This document shows positions 1-9,044 of a DNA stretch of 64,000 bases, one piece after another. Under the pieces are notes generated by a model. It ran no database searches, was not told the origin of the DNA, and worked only from the letters and a program-made list of their open reading frames with translations. Position 1 is the first letter of the stretch. The number at the start of each line of letters is the position of its first letter. The position numbers were made by a program, and so were the translations under genes. This stretch comes from an uncultured Planctomycetales bacterium (lineage in GTDB: Bacteria > Omnitrophota > Gorgyraeia > Zapsychrales > JBDRMG01), in NCBI GenBank assembly GCA_964478715.1, contig CAYZIY010000006.1:23186-87185 (forward strand), read 5' to 3'.

Positions 1-55
1 AAAAATTGGCGTAGTTTGTTGCCATGATTCAATTCTTTATATGCAAGGAGTAAAA

Positions 56-1261
56 ATGAAAAAGATCGGCGTGATTACAAGCGGTGGAGATTGCGGAGGA
101 TTAAATGCAGTTGTCAAAGGCGTAGCCCAGATGGCTCATCGCCAGGGTATTTCCTGTCATATTATTCCTAATGGATATGCCGGGCTCTATAATCTTTTGG
201 AATTTGACCGGCTGGTGGAGCTGAATCCCGAGCGCGTTGATTCAGTTAATTCCAATCTGGCCGGCTCAGAGGCTGGGCATTCCCGTGTCAAAATAAGAAA
301 AATCAATGATGAAAAGAAATATGATCGCATCAAAGAGGGTTTAAAGAAATTCGGAATCGAAGGCCTTGTGATCAGCGGCGGAGATGATACGGGTTCTGTG
401 ATGGTCGATCTGACGGCTCAGGGTATTGCCTGTGTCCATGCTCCTAAGACAATGGATTTGGATCTGCAAACGTATTCTGTCGGCGGTGATTCGACGGTCA
501 GCCGGATTGCCAGTTATGCCGAAGAAATCAAAACAACCGGACGTACTCATAATCGGATTATCGTAATGGAAGTTTTTGGCCGCTATGCCGGACACACGGC
601 TTTTCGTGGTGGCGTGGCTGCTGATGCGGATGCGATTCTGATTCCCGAGATTCCCGCCGACTTCAATATTCTCTACGATCACATGAAAAAGAGATATGTG
701 AGCCGTATTGAGCAAAGCGATGTGAATGCCGGAACTTATCTGATTATCGTGGCTGAAGGATTAAGGGATGCCAGTGGTCAGGAATTGGTTGATGAATCCG
801 CTGGTGTTGATGCGTTCGGCCATAAAAAACTGGCCGGGGCAGCCAAATTTGTCTGCCAGGAATTGACCAAGCGTCTGAGGAATGATGAGCAAATCAAGGA
901 ATTTATGAAAAAGACAAGAATGTACGTGGAAGGGCTGTACGAAATTCCCGAGGTGCGTTCGGTTTCTCCGGGGCATTTGGTCCGCTCGGGTCATTCTTCG
1001 GCTTTTGACGCGAATTTCGGGAAAGAAGCCGGGGCGGCTGCCGTGATGCTTTTAAGGCAAAAAATAACAGGCGTTACCGTTGTTGGAATTGAGGGAAAAA
1101 CAATCCGTTATATGGCCACCAAGGATGCAATTGTCCAGCGTCACGTGGATTTAGATATCGTTGGCTTACACGAGAATCTGGGAATCTGCTTCGGGCGCAA
1201 GAAAGAGATGATCAAGCCGGAATTCAAGGAAGTGCAAGGCAGGATCGAGAGGCATTTGTAG
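56..1261 (+). CDS. pfp: PPi-dependent 6-phosphofructokinase (Pfp/PfkA family)
   Basis: Protein contains KIGVITSGGDCGGLNAV, GGDDTGS (Asp rather than Gly at the 4th position) and PKTMDLD (Lys) motifs, which are typical of PPi-dependent PFKs. The ORF track starts at 41, but an AAGGAG RBS at 46-51 favours the ATG at 56. Confidence 0.85.
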   Translation: MKKIGVITSGGDCGGLNAVVKGVAQMAHRQGISCHIIPNGYAGLYNLLEFDRLVELNPERVDSVNSNLAGSEAGHSRVKIRKINDEKKYDRIKEGLKKFGIEGLVISGGDDTGSVMVDLTAQGIACVHAPKTMDLDLQTYSVGGDSTVSRIASYAEEIKTTGRTHNRIIVMEVFGRYAGHTAFRGGVAADADAILIPEIPADFNILYDHMKKRYVSRIEQSDVNAGTYLIIVAEGLRDASGQELVDESAGVDAFGHKKLAGAAKFVCQELTKRLRNDEQIKEFMKKTRMYVEGLYEIPEVRSVSPGHLVRSGHSSAFDANFGKEAGAAAVMLLRQKITGVTVVGIEGKTIRYMATKDAIVQRHVDLDIVGLHENLGICFGRKKEMIKPEFKEVQGRIERHL

Positions 1262-1284
1262 AGATTTTCTTAAGATGATTCACT

Positions 1285-1320
1285 CCCCACGCTGGCATCT
1301 GTCGGCGTGGGGATTTTTTT
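1285..1320 (+). terminator. Rho-independent terminator downstream of pfp
   Basis: GC-rich inverted repeat ccccacgc...gcgtgggg followed by a run of eight T. It sits between convergent pfp (+) and nnr (-). Confidence 0.6.
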
Positions 1321-1344
1321 GCACGCAACGATTGAAAAGGAATA

Positions 1345-2190
1345 TTATTTGAAGATGTCTGCAAGAGAATCAATAATATCCGAAGCGATTAAAGATGTTT
1401 TGGAGCGTTTCTCGGCGGCCCTGTTTCCTGCCCGCCCATGGACTAAAACTCCCCACTTCGCGGCTTCATAATCAGAAAGACCCTGAGCTAAGAAGGCCGC
1501 AATGATTCCTGTTAAAACATCCCCTGATCCGGCTGTGGCCATTCCGGAATTGCCGGCTTCCTGGATGGTGATCTTTCCGCTTTGATGGGCAATGACTGTT
1601 TTGTGGCCTTTGAGCACAACGGTGCATTGATTCTTTCGAGCAAAATCAGCAGCAACCGTCTTTCTATTTTTCTCAATGAATGATTTTTCAAAACCTGTTA
1701 ATCGGGCCATTTCGCCGGGGTGAGGGGTGAGAATGCGGGTCTTTGCGTTTTTGTGAAGATTATCTTTGTTACTGGCCAAGGCATTGAGGGCGTCGGCGTC
1801 GACAACGGTTGGTAGAGCAACGCTTTCGTAAATCTTCAGGATGAGCTTTTGTGTGCTCTTGTTCTGAGAAAGGCCGGGACCAAGAGCCATGACAGTACAT
1901 TTCTTTGCAAAGGCAGCAATTTCTTTGTAAGCGCTTAAAGAAAGGGTCTGTTGAGGGGTTTCTTTAAGGCTCCTCGACATGACAACAAAAGGAATCTTTT
2001 TCTGAGCAACTGTGTTGAGACTTTTGGGGACACCAAGGGTGGTTAATCCCGCGCCTGAGCGCATGGCGGCAAGAGTTATGAGGCCGGCTGCTCCCATCAT
2101 GTGACGCGATCCGGCCAGCACAAAAACATGACCGAAATTATTCTTGTGGACGTTCTTTTTATTCCGTAATAAGGGCGCTGGCAACCGCAT
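1345..2190 (-). CDS. nnrD: ADP-dependent NAD(P)H-hydrate dehydratase (YjeF C-terminal domain only)
   Basis: Carbohydrate-kinase-like fold with VLKGHKTVIA and GNSGMATAGSGDVLTGIIAAFLAQG motifs. No N-terminal epimerase domain. Overlaps acpS by 32 nt. Confidence 0.8.
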   Translation of the reverse strand: MRLPAPLLRNKKNVHKNNFGHVFVLAGSRHMMGAAGLITLAAMRSGAGLTTLGVPKSLNTVAQKKIPFVVMSRSLKETPQQTLSLSAYKEIAAFAKKCTVMALGPGLSQNKSTQKLILKIYESVALPTVVDADALNALASNKDNLHKNAKTRILTPHPGEMARLTGFEKSFIEKNRKTVAADFARKNQCTVVLKGHKTVIAHQSGKITIQEAGNSGMATAGSGDVLTGIIAAFLAQGLSDYEAAKWGVLVHGRAGNRAAEKRSKTSLIASDIIDSLADIFK

Positions 2191-2509
2191 AATTTTCGGT
2201 GTGAGAAATCGAAACGAGAATGGTTTGCGAGCAGTCTTTCTCGCAGAAGACGCAAACCGGTCTTCCGTTTTTCTGGTTCATGATCTTAATGTCTTTCCAG
2301 TTAATGTGGGCGTTTTCGCCAAAGGCTTTTAGAACGGCTTCCTTGGCCGCGAACCGGCCCGCATAATGCTGCTGCGGGAAGCGTTGTTTATTGGCGTAGG
2401 CGATCTCATCCTCTGTAAAAACATGCCTGAGAAAAGATTCCCCCCAGCGTTCGATCGCTTTCTGGATCCGTTGCACTTCGATAATATCTATACCGCTTCC
2501 CTTGATCAT
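2159..2509 (-). CDS. acpS: Holo-[acyl-carrier-protein] synthase
   Basis: 116 aa with GIDIIEVQRI N-terminus typical of AcpS. Conserved pdxJ-acpS neighbourhood. Confidence 0.85.
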   Translation of the reverse strand: MIKGSGIDIIEVQRIQKAIERWGESFLRHVFTEDEIAYANKQRFPQQHYAGRFAAKEAVLKAFGENAHINWKDIKIMNQKNGRPVCVFCEKDCSQTILVSISHTENYAVASALITE

Positions 2510-2510
2510 G

Positions 2511-3227
2511 TCAACCTTTGGCTAGAGTCAGCATTTCTTTAACGGCTTTTTTGAGCCCCGCAAAAATAGAGCGGGATATGATGCTGTGGCCGATATTTAA
2601 TTCTTCAATGCCTGCAATGCGGGCCACGGCCCTGGTGTTTTGATAATTGAGGCCGTGGCCCGCATGAACAATCAAGCCCATCTCCTGCGCGGTTTGGACG
2701 GCTTTTTTCAGCTTGGCTAATTGTTTTGAAACTGCCTTTCTTGTTCTGGCCTGCGCATAATTTCCGGTGTGAAGCTCAATGGCATCACAACCTGTCTCTT
2801 TGGCGCATTGGATCTGCCTCTCTGAGGGATCAATAAAAAGACTCACCAGAATTCCTTTTCCTTGGAGCCTTCCAACAATATTTTTGATTCTGCGTATTTG
2901 TTTGCAAACGTCAAGGCCTCCCTCTGTTGTCAATTCCTGCCTTTTTTCTGGAACGAGCGTTGCCTGATCAGGCCTTAAGCGGCAGGCAATAGCAACGATA
3001 TCCTTTTGGATGGACATCTCCAGATTAAACTTGGTTTTCACTTGTCTGTTTAAAAGGCGAACATCGCGGTCATTGATATGCCGGCGATCTTCGCGCAGAT
3101 GAGCGACAATGGCATGTGCGCCTGCCTGCTCAATGATTTTGACGCCCTTCAGAGGATCAGGGTGCCCTTCTCTTCTGGCCTGACGAACTGTTGCGATATG
3201 GTCGATATTGACACCGAGCTTAGGCAT
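2511..3227 (-). CDS. pdxJ: Pyridoxine 5'-phosphate synthase
   Basis: N-terminus LGVNIDHIATVRQAR and TIM-barrel PdxJ motifs. Stop is 1 nt from the acpS start. Confidence 0.9.
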   Translation of the reverse strand: MPKLGVNIDHIATVRQARREGHPDPLKGVKIIEQAGAHAIVAHLREDRRHINDRDVRLLNRQVKTKFNLEMSIQKDIVAIACRLRPDQATLVPEKRQELTTEGGLDVCKQIRRIKNIVGRLQGKGILVSLFIDPSERQIQCAKETGCDAIELHTGNYAQARTRKAVSKQLAKLKKAVQTAQEMGLIVHAGHGLNYQNTRAVARIAGIEELNIGHSIISRSIFAGLKKAVKEMLTLAKG

Positions 3228-3230
3228 GGC

Positions 3231-3338
3231 TCAAGGAATAGGCCGGACTTCAAAATAAACGTACAGCCAGGTAATGATGGCGAGCGCTAAGGCGATAATC
3301 TTCAAACCGATATTATTGATAAAAAAGTCTCTGATCAT
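3231..3338 (-). CDS. 35-aa single-TM miniprotein resembling the N-terminal membrane anchor of CdaR/YbbR (likely a remnant)
   Basis: Own translation gives MIRDFFINNIGLKIIALALAIITWLYVYFEVRPIP. Its ATG overlaps the cdaA TGA stop (ATGA), and its stop lies 3 nt before the pdxJ ATG. Too short to appear in the ORF track. Confidence 0.4.
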   Translation of the reverse strand: MIRDFFINNIGLKIIALALAIITWLYVYFEVRPIP

Positions 3339-4129
3339 TTCTTATTCTGCGGTTTAATAAACAGACTTTTCAAGATATTGGCAAAACGTTCTCTGTTGAC
3401 AATCGGAATAAATCGTCCGTCATCGGCAATAGAAATTTCCCGGGTTTCTTCCGAAACCATAACGACAATAGCATCCGTTTGCTCTGTTAACCCCAGCGCA
3501 GCCCGATGGCGCGTGCCGATGATTTTATTGAAATTCGGATTCTCGGATAAAGGAAAAAGACAGGCCGCGGCACAGATTCTCTCCCCCCGGATGATAACTC
3601 CTCCGTCATGCAGCGGGGATGTCGTGACAAAAATGCTTTGAAGCAGTTCCGAGCTGATCTTGCTGTCAATGATTACTCCGCTTTCGATGTGAGTTTTGAG
3701 CTGAGTTTCACGTTCGATTGCAATCAGGCAACCGATCTTTTTCTGGGATAATTTATGAACCGCATCGGAAATCTGTTCAATCAAAGCCACAATTTCCGAT
3801 TCTTCTAAAGCGACGTTAAAAAGATGTTGTTGACCTAAGCGCGCAAGCCCCTGGCGGAGTTCCTGCTGAAAGATGATCAATACAGCTATAATGGAAATAG
3901 CGAAAAGTTTTGTGAGCAGCCAATTGAGAGTATGCAGATACAGAAGCTGGCTTAAAAGAAAAGCAATTGTGATATAGGTCATTCCCTTGAGAACCTGAAA
4001 GGCCCGGGTTCCCTGAAAAAAAACCAGAATTTTGTAGAAGACGTACCATAAAATCAAAATCTCAAAAAGCGTTTTAATCGAAAATAAAATAACACTATCG
4101 GGGGCAAAAATTAATTTTAATTGTTCCAT
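3335..4129 (-). CDS. cdaA: Diadenylate cyclase CdaA (c-di-AMP synthase, three N-terminal TM helices plus DAC domain)
   Basis: TM-rich N-terminus and a DAC domain with TTSPLHDGGVIIRGERICAAACLFPLS and TRHRAALGL motifs. Confidence 0.85.
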   Translation of the reverse strand: MEQLKLIFAPDSVILFSIKTLFEILILWYVFYKILVFFQGTRAFQVLKGMTYITIAFLLSQLLYLHTLNWLLTKLFAISIIAVLIIFQQELRQGLARLGQQHLFNVALEESEIVALIEQISDAVHKLSQKKIGCLIAIERETQLKTHIESGVIIDSKISSELLQSIFVTTSPLHDGGVIIRGERICAAACLFPLSENPNFNKIIGTRHRAALGLTEQTDAIVVMVSEETREISIADDGRFIPIVNRERFANILKSLFIKPQNKK

Positions 4130-4144
4130 TGGAAATAATATTTT

Positions 4145-5017
4145 CTATGCGAAACAGATTGCGTCGCTCAAGCGAACTACTTGCTTCATCTCTCTAACAT
4201 CATGGACTCTGATGATATGGACTCCCCGGGATATTGCCACAGCAACCGAAGCCGCGGTTCCCAGCATTCGATGACAAACATCTTGTTTTAACACTTTTCC
4301 GATAAAGGACTTACGGGATGTTCCGATTAGAAGCGGCAGATTAAGACAGTGAAATTTATCAAGCTGTTGCAAAATCTTTAGATTATGCTCGACCGTCTTG
4401 CCAAACCCGATTCCCGGATCAATTATTATTCTATCCGATTTGATTCCGATTTCCAAGCACTTTTCAGCAGATTTTTTTAGCTCTCGAATAATTTCTTTGA
4501 CGATACTTTTGTAGCGAATATTTTTTTGCATGGTTTTGGGTTTTCCTCTGATGTGCATCAGGACAATGGCGGCATCAAATTTCTTTACGGTTTTGAGCAA
4601 ATCCTCATCACAATGAGTTCCCAGAATATTATTGACCATGCTGGCTCCTGCTTTGAGAGCGGCTAGCGCTACTTCCGGCTTATAAGTATCAATAGAGAGC
4701 GGTTTTCTGGTTATTTTCCTTAAGGCCTTAATAACGGGAACGACACGCTTGATTTCCTCTTGAACGGATACCGGATTTGATCCTGGACGGGTGGATTCTC
4801 CCCCGACATCAAGGATATGCGCTCCTTCTTTGAGCTGATGTTCAGCTTTTTGAATAATAGATTTTAGAGATAAAGACTTTTTGAGGCATCCGTCACCGCT
4901 AAAGGAATCCGGTGTGATGTTCAAAATTGCCATGATTTTTGTTTCTCGATATAAAGGAATGCGATGTTGGCGGGCTTTAAGCAGATAGGACGGGTGTTTT
5001 CTGATAACCGGATTCAT
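4145..5017 (-). CDS. folP: Dihydropteroate synthase
   Basis: ILNITPDSFSGDG and GGESTRPG motifs. Conserved ftsH-folP synteny. Confidence 0.9.
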   Translation of the reverse strand: MNPVIRKHPSYLLKARQHRIPLYRETKIMAILNITPDSFSGDGCLKKSLSLKSIIQKAEHQLKEGAHILDVGGESTRPGSNPVSVQEEIKRVVPVIKALRKITRKPLSIDTYKPEVALAALKAGASMVNNILGTHCDEDLLKTVKKFDAAIVLMHIRGKPKTMQKNIRYKSIVKEIIRELKKSAEKCLEIGIKSDRIIIDPGIGFGKTVEHNLKILQQLDKFHCLNLPLLIGTSRKSFIGKVLKQDVCHRMLGTAASVAVAISRGVHIIRVHDVREMKQVVRLSDAICFA

Positions 5018-5035
5018 GTATGAAGCATTATCGTC

Positions 5036-6970
5036 TTATGCGGATTGAGGAGGTGGCGCAGCCCCACCCTCTTGTTCCTTGACTTCGCCTGTCTCGATTC
5101 TCAATAATTCTTTGGCTTCCTCAACGTCAAGAACTTCTCTTTCCATCAATGCCTGGGCCAGCTGGTTGAGCTTTTGTCTGTTTTCGTTTAAAAGCTTTTT
5201 CCCGCGACTGTAAGACTGTTCCACAAAAAGGCGGACCTCATCATCAATAGCTTTCGCTGTTTCCTCGCTGTAATCCTTTTGTTCCATCATATCCCGGCCC
5301 AAAAACAACTGATGATTATGGCGGCCCAATGTGAGGGTGCCCAGCCGTTCACTCATTCCAAATTCGCAGACCATTTTTCGGGCGATTTGAGTGGAGGCCT
5401 GCAGGTCGTTTTGCGCGCCGGTGGTGATATTTTTCAGGCAGATTTCTTCCGATGCGCGACCCCCCAGCGTTACCGCGATCTTGCCAAAAAGTTCCTCTTT
5501 GCTCCAATAGTGCCGGTCTTCGATGGGAGGCGTCATGGTATATCCACCGGCCATGCCTCGGGGAATAATCGAAACTTTTGTAAAGGGATCAACCTCTTCA
5601 ATCAAAAGGGAAAGCAGCGCGTGACCCGCTTCATGGTAGGCCGTGATTTCTTTTTCTTTCCTTGATATCTTACGCGATTTTTTCTCCGGCCCCATTGTGA
5701 CCCGTTCGATAGCGGCCACAAATTCATCATTACCGATAGCTTCTTTATCTTTACGGGCGGCTAAAAGAGCAGCCTCGTTACAGACATTAGCCAAATCGGC
5801 GCCAGAGAAATAAACTGTCTGCCGAGCGATTTTTTTAAAATCAACATCAAGCTCCAGCTTTAGATTTTTAGTATGCACTTTAAGGATTGCCTCTCGTCCG
5901 AGGATATCCGGAAGCGAGACGACGATTTGCCGGTCGAATCGGCCGGGTCGAAGCAGGGCCGGGTCCAGGGTATCCGGACGGTTGGTTGCCGCAATCAAAA
6001 TAAGTCCGGCTTGTGTGTCAAAACCATCCATTTCGACAAGCAGCGCGTTTAAGGTTTGCTCCCGTTCGTCATGGCCGCCGCCGATTCCCGAAAATCTCAA
6101 TCGACCAACCGCGTCGATTTCATCAATAAAAACAATACAGCCCTTGCCGGACATTTTCGAAGCCTTGCGGCCTTGCTCAAAAAGATCCCGAACACGGGAA
6201 GCGCCAACACCGACAAACATCTCGACAAAATCTGAGCCGCTTAAGGAAAAAAACGGGACTCCAGCTTCACCGGCAACGGCTTTAGCCAAAAGCGTTTTTC
6301 CTGTTCCCGGGGGACCTATCAAGAGGACGCCTTTGGGTATTTTTCCTCCGAGACGCTGGAATCTTTTTGGTTCTTTTAGGAATTCAATTACTTCCTGAAG
6401 TTCTTCTTTTTCTTCGTCAACTCCGGCCACATCGTTGAATGTGATTCGTCCCTGCTCATTATTGGTATTGATTTTAGCGCGCGATTTTCCAAAGGACCAA
6501 ATCTTATTGCCCAGCTGGGCGCCCCTGTTGGACATCCACCAGAAAAACAGGATCAAAAGACCGATCGGCAATAGGCTCCCCAGAATGCTCCAGAGAACAC
6601 TGGGCTTTTCGACCTTAAAATCGTCGACATTTTTTCTCAGCAGATCCAGAAGGACTTTGTCGTCTTCGGGAATGGTTACCCGGAAGCGTGTTCCATCCGA
6701 GCGGACACCATCAAGCATGGTTTCGGTTTTCACCACAGAGGCAATTTTCTGGGTTTTTTTGTTGCCTTGAAGGAGTTTGTAAAACTCGCTGTATTTTATC
6801 TCAACGGGATTGGTCAAGGATCCGGTTGTTTGAAACTGACTGAGAAGCAGCATCATCGCAAAGATAATAAATACCCAGAGAAAAATATTATTGTTGGGCT
6901 GCGGCGGAAGATCTTTTCTTCCCGGTTTTCGCTTGGGAGTATTTTTTTTGTTAGGTCTTTGATTGTCCAT
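5036..6970 (-). CDS. ftsH: ATP-dependent zinc metalloprotease FtsH
   Basis: Two N-terminal TM helices, AAA module ([13 protein letters not shown]) and an HEAGH zinc motif. Confidence 0.95.
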   Translation of the reverse strand: MDNQRPNKKNTPKRKPGRKDLPPQPNNNIFLWVFIIFAMMLLLSQFQTTGSLTNPVEIKYSEFYKLLQGNKKTQKIASVVKTETMLDGVRSDGTRFRVTIPEDDKVLLDLLRKNVDDFKVEKPSVLWSILGSLLPIGLLILFFWWMSNRGAQLGNKIWSFGKSRAKINTNNEQGRITFNDVAGVDEEKEELQEVIEFLKEPKRFQRLGGKIPKGVLLIGPPGTGKTLLAKAVAGEAGVPFFSLSGSDFVEMFVGVGASRVRDLFEQGRKASKMSGKGCIVFIDEIDAVGRLRFSGIGGGHDEREQTLNALLVEMDGFDTQAGLILIAATNRPDTLDPALLRPGRFDRQIVVSLPDILGREAILKVHTKNLKLELDVDFKKIARQTVYFSGADLANVCNEAALLAARKDKEAIGNDEFVAAIERVTMGPEKKSRKISRKEKEITAYHEAGHALLSLLIEEVDPFTKVSIIPRGMAGGYTMTPPIEDRHYWSKEELFGKIAVTLGGRASEEICLKNITTGAQNDLQASTQIARKMVCEFGMSERLGTLTLGRHNHQLFLGRDMMEQKDYSEETAKAIDDEVRLFVEQSYSRGKKLLNENRQKLNQLAQALMEREVLDVEEAKELLRIETGEVKEQEGGAAPPPQSA

Positions 6971-7020
6971 TTTTCATCTTTTAAGTATAGCGCTCATTAT
7001 ATGACGGAATGTGCGCTAAA

Positions 7021-8007
7021 TCAAGGCTTTCTTATAGAGAAGATGACAGCGGATGGTTTTTTTTGGACCCAAATACCAAAAGGCAGATGCACGCAAGAAC
7101 CGACCGGTCGCTGGATGATGAGCTGATCTAGCTCAAGAAGATGTGAAAAAGAGATTCGACGGGTGTGCCCGACAATTTTTTCTATGGCTAAGCGAAGAAT
7201 CATTCTTTGCAGAGAGACAGGTTGTTGTCTCCATTTATCCAGAGATAATACAGTTTGGCCCGCTGGTTCTTTCTTGACAATTCTGTGGTAGATTTTTTCT
7301 CCCGATTGTCGAAGAAAAGAGTAGTCTTCAAGGGCTGTCCGGCCCAAATAACTCAGAATAGTTCGCATTTGACTTTGATATTCTTTTTCAAGATGAGGTA
7401 AAAGTTTATGGCGTATTCTGTTTCGTAAAAGATTTGTGTTTCGATTGCTGGGATCATGGCAATATTTGATTTTATTCTTCCTTAGATAATCTTTGATTTG
7501 GGATCGACTGATGTTTATCAGCGGTCGAATGAGGCGGATGTGGTCGCGCTCTGCGCAAGGACTTATTCCCTTAAGGCCTTGCAGACCTGTTCCCCTGATA
7601 ATACGCATGAGAACCGTTTCCGCCAAATCATCCTGATGGTGCCCTAAGGCGACGGCGGCAGCTTTATGTTTTATGGCTGCCTGAATCAGGAAACCCAAAC
7701 GCCTCTCCCTGGCCTGTTCTTCTAGGTTTCCCTTTGCTTTCTTGAGATCCAACACTTTTTTGCAAATAATAACACATTGATTTTCTCGCGCGGCTTTTTC
7801 TGTAAACTTCTGAAATCTATCTGAATCTTTAAGTAATCCATGATTGAAGTGGGCTACAAGGAGTTGTATGCCCAGTCGGTGTCGTAAACGGATCAGGATA
7901 TTCAGCAGGGCTATGGAATCAGGTCCTCCGGAGACAGCGACAATGATCCGCTCTCCTTTCTGGATCATGACATGATCGTTAATCGTTTTCTCGATTTCTT
8001 TAAGCAT
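7021..8007 (-). CDS. tilS: tRNA(Ile)-lysidine synthetase
   Basis: PP-loop SGGPDS motif near the N-terminus. Conserved tilS-ftsH order. Confidence 0.8.
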   Translation of the reverse strand: MLKEIEKTINDHVMIQKGERIIVAVSGGPDSIALLNILIRLRHRLGIQLLVAHFNHGLLKDSDRFQKFTEKAARENQCVIICKKVLDLKKAKGNLEEQARERRLGFLIQAAIKHKAAAVALGHHQDDLAETVLMRIIRGTGLQGLKGISPCAERDHIRLIRPLINISRSQIKDYLRKNKIKYCHDPSNRNTNLLRNRIRHKLLPHLEKEYQSQMRTILSYLGRTALEDYSFLRQSGEKIYHRIVKKEPAGQTVLSLDKWRQQPVSLQRMILRLAIEKIVGHTRRISFSHLLELDQLIIQRPVGSCVHLPFGIWVQKKPSAVIFSIRKP

Positions 8008-8100
8008 AAAATTAAAAGCGATCCATCCATTTCACGCCAAAGACCGTGATCAATGTGAAGAGGCAGATGACAACAGCAATGGTGGCAAGGACTTTAAGGA

Positions 8101-8640
8101 TCAATTTCCCTGGATACCCCGTTTTTCTTTTCGGGCTTCCCGATAGGCTTGACGCAGTTGATCGGCGTACTTAGTATTGGGCACAACGATTCTCAGCTGG
8201 GCGTAACCGTTTTCAAGGACGAGAGAATTGACGAATGATCCATCCTTTAGAAAGGCATAGGCAAATGTGGAATAGTCGTTATCTTTCCTGAGATCATCAA
8301 ATTCGAGACGCACATGTTGGCCCTCAAGAAGATCTTTAACATAATAAAGAGCTCTTTCATTTAACGGGATCAGGGGGCTGGCTTCCCTGATAATGATTCC
8401 ATGTTCGTCGGTTTTGATTTCTTTTTTTTCCGGTAAAGGCAGAGCCTTGAGGCCAATCAGCCGGATTTTCTCCCCGCTTTCTAAGATCAACAAATCCGTG
8501 CTGAGGACTTCTTTAATGAGCACGCTTTGGTATCGTTCATCTGTATGAAAAAGCGGCTCGCAAGACACAAAATCTTGCGGCATCGCGACGATCAGTCCAC
8601 AAGTAAACAAAAACGTAATGGTGAGGCAGCGAAGTTTCAT
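8101..8640 (-). CDS. Secreted thermonuclease (SNase-like) family protein
   Basis: Signal peptide plus SNase-like core (RLIGLKALP... EFDDLRKDNDYSTFAYAFL... NSLVLENGYAQ). Confidence 0.65.
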   Translation of the reverse strand: MKLRCLTITFLFTCGLIVAMPQDFVSCEPLFHTDERYQSVLIKEVLSTDLLILESGEKIRLIGLKALPLPEKKEIKTDEHGIIIREASPLIPLNERALYYVKDLLEGQHVRLEFDDLRKDNDYSTFAYAFLKDGSFVNSLVLENGYAQLRIVVPNTKYADQLRQAYREARKEKRGIQGN

Positions 8641-9044
8641 TTTCTTTTTTCTAGGCTATATTGTCCAGGTCCGATGATGGCTAAACTTATAAATATAATA
8701 AATAGTTTTAAAGGATGACTGAAGACCGAGAATTCCTGCCCATTATTGATATGCATCATGGTGGCGACGAACATAGTTAGCGCTAATAATACATTGGCCC
8801 AGCGAAAAAGAAATCCTGCTGTCAGCAGAAATCCTCCAAGAAATTCGGCAACAGAGGCCAGGAATCCAAAAAGTGTGGGGGCAAAATAAATTCCGACACT
8901 GGCCGTTGCCATTCCTAAAGATTTCCAGACCTCGGGTCCTCCCGTTATTTTGGGCCATCCGTGAAGCATCATCATAATGCCTAATCCACAACGCAGGATG
9001 AGCAATCCAGTGTCTTTATTTTCTTTCAAAAAAATATTACGCAT
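8637..9044 (-). CDS. DoxX family membrane protein
   Basis: Four predicted TM helices with LLILRCGLGIMMMLHGWPKI. The ORF track start at 9119 would overlap the upstream gene by 83 nt, so the internal Met at about 9044 was chosen. Confidence 0.55.
   Translation of the reverse strand: MRNIFLKENKDTGLLILRCGLGIMMMLHGWPKITGGPEVWKSLGMATASVGIYFAPTLFGFLASVAEFLGGFLLTAGFLFRWANVLLALTMFVATMMHINNGQEFSVFSHPLKLFIIFISLAIIGPGQYSLEKRK

Noticed and set aside
1262-1344. dif/XerCD site at the single convergent gene junction
   Set aside because: Only a simple hairpin terminator is present, with nothing resembling the 28-bp dif consensus.
5279-6770. Several 110-140 aa plus-strand ORFs inside ftsH, with similar antisense ORFs inside alaS, secDF, mfd, pilB and pilQ
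   Set aside because: They are antisense to strongly supported conserved genes, have low-complexity or odd composition, and show no RBS or family resemblance. They are typical spurious antisense ORFs.
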